IMG/VR virus record: IMGVR_UViG_3300042350_003801
Reading direction: 5' to 3' (one strand)
Source of the DNA: a virus
Taxonomy: Duplodnaviria > Caudoviricetes
DNA length: 64,000 bases
Under the pieces are notes generated by a model that was not told where the DNA came from, ran no database searches, and saw only the letters and a list, made by a program, of their open reading frames with translations. This document shows, piece after piece, positions 32,243 through 42,012 of the stretch (its first letter is position 1; the number at the start of each line of letters is the position of its first letter). A program made the translations under genes and the position numbers.

Positions 32243-32410
32243 TTGATAAGCACTACTAATGGGTCAAGGGGTTGACAGACGGGGTTGAATGGGTTATTAT
32301 AGTTTCATACAAGGCAACCGGCGCAAGAAGCGCATAATATAAGCGGCCACAATAATCCTGACTTTTAATAAAAGGATATAAAGAAAGGGCCGCAGATTGC
32401 GAACCCATTT
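32243..32410 (+). repeat. Divergent-promoter/sRNA cassette, copy 3
   Basis: Same elements; GCGC-AAGAA-GCGC. Confidence 0.85.
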
Positions 32411-32413
32411 GTA

Positions 32414-32800
32414 TCAGACGAGAATTCCTCCATTATTTCTAATTTCCTCAGTGAACATACTAACCAAATCTTTATCCTGCTGAATCTCTTCTTTTGTCTT
32501 GAAGTTGAAGAGAGAATCAAAGAGTTTCGCTACTTTGATAGCATCGGAAAGGTGAATAAACTGTGCAGCAGAGAATCCAGTGGCGAGATGAGTAAGTCTC
32601 CAGCGAAAACGTACAGGGGTTTCTTTGGTTGCAGGGCCGTCATCTTCAAGATCGCGGCGATAAACCATGCTGGCATGAACTGCTGTGTTCTTGCCTTTCC
32701 AGCGAACTTGAATAGGCCGATCATACAATCTTTCACCGGTGTCTTTATTCATCATGCCGATAAGAATGGAAGCCATGGAGCCGATTGTTTGAGTACCCAT
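32414..32800 (-). CDS. Hypothetical protein
   Basis: ORF track. Confidence 0.65.
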   Translation of the reverse strand: MGTQTIGSMASILIGMMNKDTGERLYDRPIQVRWKGKNTAVHASMVYRRDLEDDGPATKETPVRFRWRLTHLATGFSAAQFIHLSDAIKVAKLFDSLFNFKTKEEIQQDKDLVSMFTEEIRNNGGILV

Positions 32801-33006
32801 TAAGAATACAGCATTTTTGGTGCCGTGCTCTTATTGTGTGCCACCTTAAAAACCGTCCACCGAGCCTGTCTTACTGGCTTGTGGTCTGCTATACTGATTA
32901 CATCGGGCGCAAGAAGCGCAATAAACAAAAGGCCACAATAAACCTGCCCTTTAATACTGTACAAAGAATAAAGAAAGGGGGAGGATTGCTCCCTCCCCGG
33001 TTATAC

Positions 33007-33390
33007 TCAGTCTGCAATCATCGGACATTTAATACCTTCCCACGCCCTTGAATAGTTATCAATAACCTCGTCAATAAGAGATTCTAGCTTAGGGTGATAA
33101 GTGTAATTACAAACAATCTCTTCCGGTTCATTGCCGAGAACAATCCACAATCTAGCTCGCATTCCGTCTTTGTTAATGTAGACTGTGGCCGCATCCACTG
33201 AAACTATAATATCTGAAGCAGAATGGCGGATTTTTGTATTAGATTGCTCTTGGTCAATCTTGATAGTTTCCTCACCATCATTTACAGCAGTGATAGTGAA
33301 TCCTTCCTGTTGAAACTTGGCAAGAAGAGACCTAACGGGAACCGACCAATTAAAAGCCGTTTGGAAAGGTTTTAATTCGTGGCTAGCCAT
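33007..33390 (-). CDS. Hypothetical protein (AVNDGEE...WIVLGNEPEE motif)
   Basis: ORF track; start moved to MASHEL. Confidence 0.65.
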   Translation of the reverse strand: MASHELKPFQTAFNWSVPVRSLLAKFQQEGFTITAVNDGEETIKIDQEQSNTKIRHSASDIIVSVDAATVYINKDGMRARLWIVLGNEPEEIVCNYTYHPKLESLIDEVIDNYSRAWEGIKCPMIAD

Positions 33391-33446
33391 GATGCAATTC
33401 CTTGAAGACTCCTTAAGAATACCAGAATTGAGAGACAGGGATCTTA

Positions 33447-33476
33447 GTGTGTGCCAGTTCAACAACTGGCACACAC
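33447..33476. promoter_or_regulatory. Perfect copy of the recurrent early-promoter palindrome
   Basis: GTGTGTGCCAGTT-caac-AACTGGCACACAC; about 20 imperfect copies lie between 30 and 62 kb. Confidence 0.75.
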
Positions 33477-33545
33477 AGCCTGCTTTTGGTGCTTACATAA
33501 ATAATACCAAAAAACCTTTAATAAGGATGTGATTTATTATTCCTA

Positions 33546-33773
33546 TCAATAATAAAGAGATGTAGTTTTTGTTATAGGTTTAGCCCTTAAAAGCGACTCA
33601 CCTTTAATCAGTCTCCAAGCCACATATTTGCGCTTCCTACATTCTTCCTCCGCCAGCTTCTCTTGATTGAAACGACTGTTTCTGCCGTCAAGTCTAATAA
33701 CTGAACGATCACCACATGCTGGTGCTAATTCTCCCGTTAGATTAACTTGGAAAAACTCTGCATAAGTGGCCAT
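33546..33773 (-). CDS. Hypothetical protein (CGDRSVIRLDGR motif)
   Basis: ORF track; start moved to MATYAEF. Confidence 0.65.
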   Translation of the reverse strand: MATYAEFFQVNLTGELAPACGDRSVIRLDGRNSRFNQEKLAEEECRKRKYVAWRLIKGESLLRAKPITKTTSLYY

Positions 33774-34028
33774 TGGTCTGTGGAGCGGTTGACCTTCATA
33801 CAATAGCACCGGGAAGCCCGACCCGTAAAGCATCTGTCAGCGATTGCCCACACTTGAGCGGAAACTCTTTTTATCGTAGATTCTGGCGGAACCGATGGGC
33901 TATCCTACCCTTGCCACCAGAATACGAAAAAACCGAAAGTATAATAAACCGATGGCCATTCTTAATTACAATAAAAAGAGCCAGAGGGATTCTTATACCC
34001 CCCGGCCCGTTATACTATCGGTTGGGTA

Positions 34029-34718
34029 TCACCGAGCACTGCACAATACACGAGTTTGGCTACCTGATGTTTGACGATGTAGACTTGCATTTGCTCCAGC
34101 ATTGGAGCCTAATTGAGCGGCAATTCCACTAGGCTGAGATGTACGATGGGTGCGAAGTTTAAGGCGAGCGATCACTACTGCAGTGTGTTCCTTATCGGGA
34201 TGATCCGCACGATTGAGTTTCATTTCATACAACCGATCTCGCACCTTGGCTGCGTATTGTTTACAGAAATTGGATCGGAATCCGTAGGCATTATAGGAAT
34301 TACCCATCAATTCGGCTAATACCTTCTCACCAGCAATTGCAGTCTCACACTCCCGGATCATACAACCCTTCAGGAAATCGTAGTATAAACGAACCTGAAT
34401 CTGTTGCGCCTCTGTGCCAATACACTTAAGAGTTGTAACCTTCCTTCCAGTTTGATGGCTAGGGCTGGACATACCGAGAGCATCATAAAACCGGGCGATT
34501 GCACAAAAAAGAATAAGATGCGATTCGTCAAGTTTCTTATAAGTCTCAAACGCTTCAGTAAGAACCTCAGGTGTATTGACATCATCAATTGTTACACCGT
34601 GTTGTTTACACAGTTTATCAATAAGTGTGGCGGCAGCATTAGCCTCGCCATCAAAACCTGTTGATTCTTGCAGCCTGAGCATGGCTGAAATTTTCTTAAG
34701 GATGGCTTGACGATCCAT
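34029..34718 (-). CDS. DUF2786-like protein
   Basis: MDRQAILKKISAMLRLQES..FDGEANAAA.LIDKL...HGV N-terminal pattern. Confidence 0.7.
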   Translation of the reverse strand: MDRQAILKKISAMLRLQESTGFDGEANAAATLIDKLCKQHGVTIDDVNTPEVLTEAFETYKKLDESHLILFCAIARFYDALGMSSPSHQTGRKVTTLKCIGTEAQQIQVRLYYDFLKGCMIRECETAIAGEKVLAELMGNSYNAYGFRSNFCKQYAAKVRDRLYEMKLNRADHPDKEHTAVVIARLKLRTHRTSQPSGIAAQLGSNAGANASLHRQTSGSQTRVLCSAR

Positions 34719-34782
34719 TGATCTGTGGAGCGGTTGACCTTCATACAATAACAGATTAGGAGCCCTTTGGAAGGGTTTCATT

Positions 34783-34955
34783 GATTAGCAATGCTTATTG
34801 TTCTAAGGCTTGACATAGTGGGCTGGTTCTGTTATTGTAGCTTCATACAAGGAAACCAGCGGAAGAACCGCGACAGACAAAGTGCCACAATAAACCTGCT
34901 TCTTAATAAAAGAGTATAAAGAATAAAGAAAGGGGAAAGATTATTCCCTCCCCGA
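34783..34955 (+). repeat. Divergent-promoter/sRNA cassette, copy 4
   Basis: Same elements; GCGG-AAGAA-CCGC. Confidence 0.85.
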
Positions 34956-34982
34956 TAAGTATGAGAATCGTTTTAGTATTGC

Positions 34983-35216
34983 TTATGCATACCAGTTTGC
35001 GGCAATTTCCTTTGCATTGTCACCAAGAAAAATATGGACAGCACGATTAGGTGCTCTACCGAGAATTTGACAACAGCGTTTCAATTCGTCTCCATCCGCT
35101 TGCACCCGGACGTAGGCTGCATAAGCCATATTGACGGTTGATGCTAAACCATTGTCGCCAGTGTGGCCGCTTACAGTATAATTTGAATGGCTGGCACATG
35201 CAGTAAAGAAAATCAT
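34983..35216 (-). CDS. Hypothetical protein
   Basis: ORF track; start uncertain. Confidence 0.5.
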   Translation of the reverse strand: MIFFTACASHSNYTVSGHTGDNGLASTVNMAYAAYVRVQADGDELKRCCQILGRAPNRAVHIFLGDNAKEIAANWYA

Positions 35217-35267
35217 TGAAGGGAAGCGATTGGGTTGGAAAGGAAACAGGGAAACCTTTTGTTGTAA

Positions 35268-35489
35268 TCAATAGGCGTGAAATACCTCTAGGATCTTATC
35301 GTTTTGAACAATCTTGGCATGAGGATAGAATACCCATTTTGAACCAACATTGTTGATTGCATCATAAGCATCCTCTAATGTTTCGTGAACACTATCTCTG
35401 ACTTCTTCATCATCGTCATTGAAAAAGTAAACAATTAGATCATCTTCGGAAATTAAATTGGCGGGTCTTTTGTTAAAAAAGGGGAACAT
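35268..35489 (-). CDS. Hypothetical protein
   Basis: ORF track. Confidence 0.6.
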   Translation of the reverse strand: MFPFFNKRPANLISEDDLIVYFFNDDDEEVRDSVHETLEDAYDAINNVGSKWVFYPHAKIVQNDKILEVFHAY

Positions 35490-35561
35490 TGGATGTCTGG
35501 GGGGTGACTAATGAATAATAGGGCACCTAGAGAGGCTTCTAGGTGCCTCTGGTGCCAATTA

Positions 35562-35897
35562 TTAAGCTGGCACGCTAGCCCTTGACTTCAGGAATGTTAA
35601 TGCTTTATCAACATCTTCTCTTACCCACTTAGGAAGATTTTTATACTGCACAAACGCGATAATCTCATTATGAATCATCATACAACAGTCTGCATAACAA
35701 TTACCCGTTTTGCCTTTCATTTGATTAATTCCATCTAAAGTTATTGCCGCCTGTAGATTCCAGAAGAATCCTGAAACACTATTGGCCATTTTTTCACTTC
35801 CCGTCCCTTTAAGACCAAGACGATTGGCTAGCCATCTTCCCCTATTTGTGGAAAAATGTTCTGTGAACGGAATTCCACCAGGAAAGGGATTGTTCAT
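35562..35897 (-). CDS. Hypothetical protein
   Basis: ORF track; consensus promoter upstream. Confidence 0.65.
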   Translation of the reverse strand: MNNPFPGGIPFTEHFSTNRGRWLANRLGLKGTGSEKMANSVSGFFWNLQAAITLDGINQMKGKTGNCYADCCMMIHNEIIAFVQYKNLPKWVREDVDKALTFLKSRASVPA

Positions 35898-35945
35898 CTG
35901 CTGAAACCTGAACTACAAACATAGAATAAACTGTTTTCTTCTCGT

Positions 35946-36135
35946 TGTCAATGGTTGATTGATAAGCATTACTAATGGGTCGGGGGCTTGACATACTGGC
36001 CGGGATGGGTTATTATAGTTTCATACAAGAGAAGAAGAAGCGCAAGAAGCGCATCATATAAGCGGCCACAATAAACCTGCCCTTTAATACTGTACAAAGA
36101 ATAAAGAAAGGGGGAGGATTGCTCCCTCCCCGATT
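35946..36135 (+). repeat. Divergent-promoter/sRNA cassette, copy 5
   Basis: Back-to-back TTGACA promoters; GCGC-AAGAA-GCGC; 3' part nearly identical to 32905-33005. Confidence 0.85.
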
Positions 36136-36139
36136 ATAC

Positions 36140-36334
36140 TCAGTCTTTCATAAGATCGTCTACATTTAATTCCAATCCTTCCCCTATAATTTTGAGTGTA
36201 AGTTCCTCCATCTGTTGATGGGTGAAAACTTCATTTTTATCCATAGGATTTACCCAACCAAGTTTTGTTGGATCTGATAACTTTTCCTTAAGAAGATTGA
36301 GCAAAAAGATTCCTTCCTGGTCTGTGAGTTTCAT
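36140..36334 (-). CDS. Hypothetical protein
   Basis: ORF track. Confidence 0.55.
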   Translation of the reverse strand: MKLTDQEGIFLLNLLKEKLSDPTKLGWVNPMDKNEVFTHQQMEELTLKIIGEGLELNVDDLMKD

Positions 36335-36340
36335 TTTGGT

Positions 36341-36604
36341 TTAGATGGATTGAAAAATGCGGAAACCATAATCACGAAGAAGCACTCTCCCGACAACATT
36401 ATTAATGGCATCTGAGAGTGCTTCTTCGTCTGTATATTGTTCAGAGTAACCATTCAAAGTTATTTCTTGATAGCCTGGAACTTCGAGGTGAATTGTTCTA
36501 CTTTCCCCCACCAACTTTATCTCACATAAGGCAGAAATAATCTCTGCCATTGTGCCGATCGCGCTAATCGTAGAATCCCGATTAACTATACAGTACTCTT
36601 TCAT
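36341..36604 (-). CDS. Hypothetical protein
   Basis: ORF track. Confidence 0.6.
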   Translation of the reverse strand: MKEYCIVNRDSTISAIGTMAEIISALCEIKLVGESRTIHLEVPGYQEITLNGYSEQYTDEEALSDAINNVVGRVLLRDYGFRIFQSI

Positions 36605-36677
36605 TTTCAGCTCAGAAAGGTGGGTGACTTGTATAGAATACCCGTTTATCGGGTGAAGCGGTTAAAGTGTGTGTCAG

Positions 36678-37025
36678 TTAAACAACTGGCATATTATCTT
36701 CAAACTCTCCTTTATCACAATACCATACATAATCCTTCTGGAAGATTCCCCCCAGATTGTAATGATGTAGGATAGAGTTGAGGCGCGATTTGGTAGTCTG
36801 TGTCTCCCATCCACAGGAAGAAAGAATCATCTTATTGCCAGGAAAGATGCTGGCAATCTTATGGCCGTGAAGTTTAACTTGAATCTCCCTTGAAGTAGAA
36901 GAAATTCCGCCACTCACATTGAAATACTCACCACGATGTATGATCTCAAAGGAGGTGTTATCTTTCCGCCAATCGGTCTCATTTGAGATGGCGCGAATCA
37001 TCTGTTGCTCAATGATGCGGGACAT
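36678..37025 (-). CDS. Hypothetical protein (IEQQM..A...W.KDNT...LHGHKIA...GW.T.TTKSRLN)
   Basis: ORF track; start moved to MSRIIEQQ. Confidence 0.7.
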   Translation of the reverse strand: MSRIIEQQMIRAISNETDWRKDNTSFEIIHRGEYFNVSGGISSTSREIQVKLHGHKIASIFPGNKMILSSCGWETQTTKSRLNSILHHYNLGGIFQKDYVWYCDKGEFEDNMPVV

Positions 37026-37260
37026 TGCGGTTGGAGCTGCTGACTTGTATAGAATACCAGGATTAAAGCCTTGTGCTCTTATTGTGTGCCAGTTGTTGAA
37101 CCGTCCACCTGGCCGGTTAAACCGTCTTAATTCGTGCCATACTGTATTCATTGGGCGGAAGAACCGCGACAGACAAAGAGCCACAACAAACCTACCGTTT
37201 TATAGTCATATAAATAATACCAAAAAACCTCCAATAAGGAGGCTGTTGGTTATACTTAAC

Positions 37261-37488
37261 TCATACCAATTCTTTATACTTTTTCTCCTTTATTTCATAG
37301 TAGGTTTCAGTAAGACACTCTCTTAAACCTTCAAGACGATTCAATACGTCTTGAACCTGAATTGTCGTGTCTGTGTGGAACTTATTGGATTGCAAGTATG
37401 CCCGGAAGTTCTCTAGACAATCCCGTGCATCCATTACCTGTTCAGTGTGTGCAGCGGTTGCAACCTCCAGTTTCTTGATGTGATTCAT
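37261..37488 (-). CDS. Hypothetical protein
   Basis: ORF track. Confidence 0.6.
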   Translation of the reverse strand: MNHIKKLEVATAAHTEQVMDARDCLENFRAYLQSNKFHTDTTIQVQDVLNRLEGLRECLTETYYEIKEKKYKELV

Positions 37489-37571
37489 TTGTGAACTGTT
37501 GTTGACTTGTATAGAATACCATAATCTGTTGCCGGTGGGGAGCCGGTGTGCCAGTTTTTAAGGTGTCACAT

Positions 37572-37973
37572 TTATTCCCAATAACCTTCTCTACCATCCC
37601 TCAAATAAGATGTTACAATGACTGGAACTTTATCTGGCCACTTATATGATCCAGTATCTTCTAGGCCTTCCATTACGCCGGTAACTTCTACTGCACTCCC
37701 GTCTGGGGTTTTGTAGATCTTAGTGCCAAACCGTTCTGCTGCTGATGGGCTATAGAATGCCAGTCTTTGCTTAGTTGAACAGGTGTAGATAAACCTCAAA
37801 AACTCTGACAGTTTAGTATTATCGTAAAAGCAATCTGCTTCTGCTGGGATAATAATAAACGGATACTTTTCCTCCAGTCGGCTAATAAGAAACTGTCCAT
37901 ATTTTTGATTACCTTTATTTGAAAGCCATACAGAGTTTGCCTCACTCATAAACAATTCGAGGCAGAATTCCAT
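37572..37973 (-). CDS. Hypothetical protein
   Basis: ORF track; N-terminal extension trimmed because it runs through a promoter. Confidence 0.6.
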   Translation of the reverse strand: MEFCLELFMSEANSVWLSNKGNQKYGQFLISRLEEKYPFIIIPAEADCFYDNTKLSEFLRFIYTCSTKQRLAFYSPSAAERFGTKIYKTPDGSAVEVTGVMEGLEDTGSYKWPDKVPVIVTSYLRDGREGYWE

Positions 37974-38382
37974 CAGTGGTTGGAGCGGTTTACTCCTTAA
38001 GAATACCAGAATCTGTGGCCTGTGGGGAGCCGGTGTGCCAGTTTGTTGGCTGGCTGGGAGTTCTTTATACTTTGTGTTTTTTCGGTGATTTTTCTTGTGC
38101 GTTTGGTGCAGGGTTGTTGATCGTTTTATAGAAGGCGGGCCAAGTCCACTAAGACCAGCCACACGAGAACGGATTTTAATAAGAAGAAATGACTATAAAC
38201 AGTTTACAATAAGACTGGCCAACATAAAATGACTTTTAATAAGATACACCAACTAAGAATGGTTCTCAATAAGATACTTTTGGATACTATCCAAAAACAC
38301 CATAAAAAACAATAATAAACGATTAAACAATAAAAAATGACCATTTTTAGTGGTCATTTTAGTTAAGTTTGGGGTTAAGGAT

Positions 38383-39273
38383 TCAATAAGAAACACACCG
38401 GAAGGCCCGCACTGGATAAGTGCAGGGCTTGAGAATGTTACATTGGATATCATTATCAAAGTTGAAGATCACAGCTAGACTTAAAGAATCTCTCTCGCTA
38501 GAACTCCAATACCATTCCTTATTGAATTCATCTGGAATTACCGTATAGGCAAGTTTCAGTTGCTCTACAGTAGGAACAAACCATTGCATCGGGATAAACC
38601 CCTGAGATGCGAGTTTAACATACACTTCCCGAAAGTGACTGGTCCACTTACATTTAACTTCGGTAGATTTGGGTGCAACTAATAGTGCTAATCCGTTTTC
38701 TTTTTTGAGAACAATAGAGCCGTCTTCAAGGGTATCTCCTACTTCTGCATCTTTAATGGTAGGTGCCTTTTTGGATTTAAGTTGTTCCTTTAGTCTAGCC
38801 AATTGTTCTTCTGTGTCCTTAATAGACTGGAGCAGTTGTAGTTTAGGCTGTGTTTTTAGGATCATTACAATGTCCATTGGATGTTCGGCACAGTAGACAT
38901 AATTTCCTTCTGTGGTCCAGGTTTCAGTCCCCCATAATACTTCCATTTTGAATGGATAGACACTTCCATTTGTGTGTGCCTTAATGATGCCAGTAAGAAC
39001 TTCACCGTTGCGTAGAGCAATCATTACTTCGGTGTTGAGAAATTTGGAGAGGTTGATAGTCATTTGTTGTTGTTGGGCGAACAGTGAAAGACCTAGCTGA
39101 AAATTGAACAAATCAGCTTCATAGGCCGCGTAAGTTCGGTAGAATGAGCGGTTTTTCTTGACATTTTGGATGGCCATTTCTAGGCTATCTTTTGTGTAGT
39201 AAGTTGCCGATCTAAACGGTTTGGTACACATTGCCAGGCCGTCTTTAGTCAGTTGCCAATTGCCCAGTTGCAT
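38383..39273 (-). CDS. DUF1566/Lcl C-type-lectin-fold protein with an N-terminal Sm/SH3-like domain; candidate DGR target
   Basis: WFVPTVEQL...YWSSSE...FNF...VRAFR C-terminus. Confidence 0.7.
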   Translation of the reverse strand: MQLGNWQLTKDGLAMCTKPFRSATYYTKDSLEMAIQNVKKNRSFYRTYAAYEADLFNFQLGLSLFAQQQQMTINLSKFLNTEVMIALRNGEVLTGIIKAHTNGSVYPFKMEVLWGTETWTTEGNYVYCAEHPMDIVMILKTQPKLQLLQSIKDTEEQLARLKEQLKSKKAPTIKDAEVGDTLEDGSIVLKKENGLALLVAPKSTEVKCKWTSHFREVYVKLASQGFIPMQWFVPTVEQLKLAYTVIPDEFNKEWYWSSSERDSLSLAVIFNFDNDIQCNILKPCTYPVRAFRCVSY

Positions 39274-39345
39274 TAGAACCTCGTGATTGACGTTGTTGTT
39301 CTACAGGTAACGGATGCCAGTCCGAGTTGTCTGTATGCCAGTTTA

Positions 39346-39957
39346 TCAACCGGCCACAAAACCTTCAAACATTGGCACGAAAACTGGATTATCAATACCA
39401 CCAATTAGTTCATAAGTGGCATTCCCGGCGGCATTCCTGGCGGCATTCCTGGCGGCATTCCAGGCGGCATACCCGGCGGCATTCCCGGCGGCATTCCTGG
39501 CGGCATTCCTGGCGGCATCCCTGGCGGCATTCCTGGCGGCATCCCAGGCGGCATTCCAGGCGGCATACCCGGCGGCAATCCTGGCGGCAGACATGGCGGC
39601 AGACATGGCGGCATTCCTGGCGGCATAGTCTAGGGCATCATAACGGCGGGCAACTTCATTCCATTGGTTCTCGGTAAGACCGTCCATAAACCACCAGAAG
39701 TTAATGACGGTTTCGTAGTTTGGTCCTAAAAAGTCTTGTGGATTGGTTAGGGCTTCCGGGTTTTGAAGGCCGTTGGAGAAGTTTTGATGTGCTTTGGAGT
39801 ATGCCAATCGTTTAGGAGTAAGAACATAGTTGTTGACCAAAAGATTGGATAGTTTGACCAACAATTCAACTTGTTGCTCCAATGTAAGGTTCCCAATAAT
39901 TTCATCAACAGTAATTTGAACTTCAGTGGCGGGAGCAGGAAAAATAATCGGGCTCAT
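39346..39957 (-). CDS. GPNY/NFW family member 2 with a 17-unit xxAA array
   Basis: Conserved flanks plus tandem 12-nt units at about 39418-39625. Confidence 0.8.
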   Translation of the reverse strand: MSPIIFPAPATEVQITVDEIIGNLTLEQQVELLVKLSNLLVNNYVLTPKRLAYSKAHQNFSNGLQNPEALTNPQDFLGPNYETVINFWWFMDGLTENQWNEVARRYDALDYAARNAAMSAAMSAARIAAGYAAWNAAWDAARNAARDAARNAARNAAGNAAGYAAWNAARNAARNAAGNATYELIGGIDNPVFVPMFEGFVAG

Positions 39958-40031
39958 GGGTTGTTGTTTGCAGTTGACTTTGGTAGTTTAGACTACGGGT
40001 TGGAACAGTGGCGGACCCAGTGTGCCAGTTG

Positions 40032-40727
40032 CTAGACCGTCAGGTTGTATATCATATCTCTATGTTTTGTTGTCCATTCAAGATTGGAGTATCCTCCTTG
40101 TTCATATACCCTATCACATTCAATTTCATTATTAAGATAGTTCAACCAGGCAGTGCAAAAATTCATTGCAACTTCCCTCACACATCCCGGTGAGTTATCA
40201 TTAAGTTCATAAACCAAGGAATGCCTTTCAGACAGAGGATAAGGTCTTACATACTTGTACTCGCCGCTTAACACGGTTCTCCTTGGGTTATTCTCTTCTT
40301 CTACGAGTTGTTGGTATAAACTACCAGCAGTTAGGTCTTCCGGTTTAATATCGGGGAAGACATACTTTGCAAGTTCTTGTTCGATGAACTCTTCTTTATT
40401 CCAATTACTTTTTCTTTCTTTGCCTAGTTCTTTGAGTAAATTCTCCATAGATTTTCGTGTTTCTTCCCTACGCTCGGCGCGTTGTTCAATATATTGCCTC
40501 CATACTGGCATTCTCTTCTTTATCATTTTCTCTTTATTGAATTTGGGAAACAAATGAATTGGCAGCTTATCTTCAATGTCAATGGGTGACTGAGTTACTT
40601 CATCAATATGATATCCGTTTCCAATGGTAAAGAGAATATGGTTAAGAACACTTGCTGGACTAGGGAAAATACTATGATATTCGCCCATTTGATATGAAAT
40701 AAAATTGCAGATTGATTGAATTGTCAT
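40032..40727 (-). CDS. Hypothetical protein (SIFP....L.H..F.IGNGY)
   Basis: ORF track. Confidence 0.75.
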   Translation of the reverse strand: MTIQSICNFISYQMGEYHSIFPSPASVLNHILFTIGNGYHIDEVTQSPIDIEDKLPIHLFPKFNKEKMIKKRMPVWRQYIEQRAERREETRKSMENLLKELGKERKSNWNKEEFIEQELAKYVFPDIKPEDLTAGSLYQQLVEEENNPRRTVLSGEYKYVRPYPLSERHSLVYELNDNSPGCVREVAMNFCTAWLNYLNNEIECDRVYEQGGYSNLEWTTKHRDMIYNLTV

Positions 40728-40785
40728 TGAAGGTTTGGATTTTGTTGTGGTTCTAGTGTATCACCTTAAGAGATGGCACATCTAT

Positions 40786-41184
40786 TCATTCCTTTTCAAG
40801 ATAAAAGCCATACTTGGATACTTCCTCTTGAAGGTCTGATAACCTAGAGAAAGTGGTCAAATTCCTATAGAATTCACTATTGGCAAATTCGTCAATCAAA
40901 CGAATACATTCCTCTTTAGTTTGAAAATAGCGTCTGCACACAAGAAGACCATCATCAATGTTGCTAATGGTCATTTGAACACAGTGATCATATTCGACCC
41001 ATTTATAGCCCCCATAGAAGTTGTAGCCAATCGTGAATTCTACAATTCCTGCACCATAATCGAGAAACTCAAGATGACCAGTCCTGACAATTTTTGAATA
41101 ACTATAGTCCAGGCTGGACTTATTGTAATGGTGAACCTGGCTAACTGCATCTTCGATGAGTTTGTGTAGTTCGTAAAGTTCCAT
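40786..41184 (-). CDS. Hypothetical protein
   Basis: ORF track. Confidence 0.65.
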   Translation of the reverse strand: MELYELHKLIEDAVSQVHHYNKSSLDYSYSKIVRTGHLEFLDYGAGIVEFTIGYNFYGGYKWVEYDHCVQMTISNIDDGLLVCRRYFQTKEECIRLIDEFANSEFYRNLTTFSRLSDLQEEVSKYGFYLEKE

Positions 41185-41262
41185 TTGTTTGTTGTTAAGG
41201 TGTCGGAAGTTGCTATTCTACAGGATGGGTTGGAGCGGTTGCGGGTTTATTGTGCCGGTTGT

Positions 41263-41487
41263 TTAAGTAGCACACATTTTCTCAACTGTTTCCAATTCAA
41301 TTCTTCCAGATTCAAGTTCATAAGGACTCGCAATATTCAACCATAAAATGAATTGGTCACCAGTTAAATCTGTGATAGGATTTACTTTAATAATTGAAGG
41401 GCGAATTGATTGGTAATAACTATCATACTCGAGCAATTTATCTATTTTGGCTATCCGAATTTTATCTAACAATTCAATGTCGGTCAT
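41263..41487 (-). CDS. Hypothetical protein
   Basis: ORF track; overlapping-gene operon. Confidence 0.55.
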   Translation of the reverse strand: MTDIELLDKIRIAKIDKLLEYDSYYQSIRPSIIKVNPITDLTGDQFILWLNIASPYELESGRIELETVEKMCAT

Positions 41488-41738
41488 TGGTGATTGTCCA
41501 TTTTAAGATCTAAGTGATTAATAGTCCAGTCAAGTGCTCCCTCATTGAAAGAAACTCCCGCTTCATGGAGTCTACAAAGTTCCTCTGCAGTTTCTTTATA
41601 ATAACAAGTGTTGCACCCGTAACAATCAAGCCAAAAGAAAGGGAACCACCAAGGCTTATATTGTGCAGTAAAGAACTGGCATTTGCGACCCCCATCGAGG
41701 TTAAAATAAAACCAGTAAACACGATAAGTTGTCTTCAT
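41484..41738 (-). CDS. Hypothetical protein
   Basis: ORF track; overlapping-gene operon. Confidence 0.55.
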   Translation of the reverse strand: MKTTYRVYWFYFNLDGGRKCQFFTAQYKPWWFPFFWLDCYGCNTCYYKETAEELCRLHEAGVSFNEGALDWTINHLDLKMDNHQ

Positions 41739-41947
41739 AGTGCATACTTCAATACGGTGATTGCATCTGGAGTGAGGCGCACCCTCTTATTTTGGTGATC
41801 AAGTTCAGTCAGATCAGGATGGCTTTGTTCTACAACATGCCTCCAAAGTTTATCGTTAACTTGGCGCCACCCTTCGCCAATATCGGCGGAGCGTTCAATT
41901 AAACGAAGCATAATCCTTTGATTTTCTGTGACTTTTTGAGATTCCAT
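41735..41947 (-). CDS. Hypothetical protein
   Basis: ORF track; promoter upstream. Confidence 0.6.
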   Translation of the reverse strand: MESQKVTENQRIMLRLIERSADIGEGWRQVNDKLWRHVVEQSHPDLTELDHQNKRVRLTPDAITVLKYAL

Positions 41948-42012
41948 TGGTGATTAGCAACGTTGTTATTCTACAGGATGGGTTGGAGCATCACCGCTCC
42001 TGTTGTGCCAGT

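Noticed and set aside
39418-39625. CRISPR array in the GGCGGCA repeats
   Set aside because: Units are 12 nt, contiguous, in frame within a gene and have no spacers; no cas genes in the window
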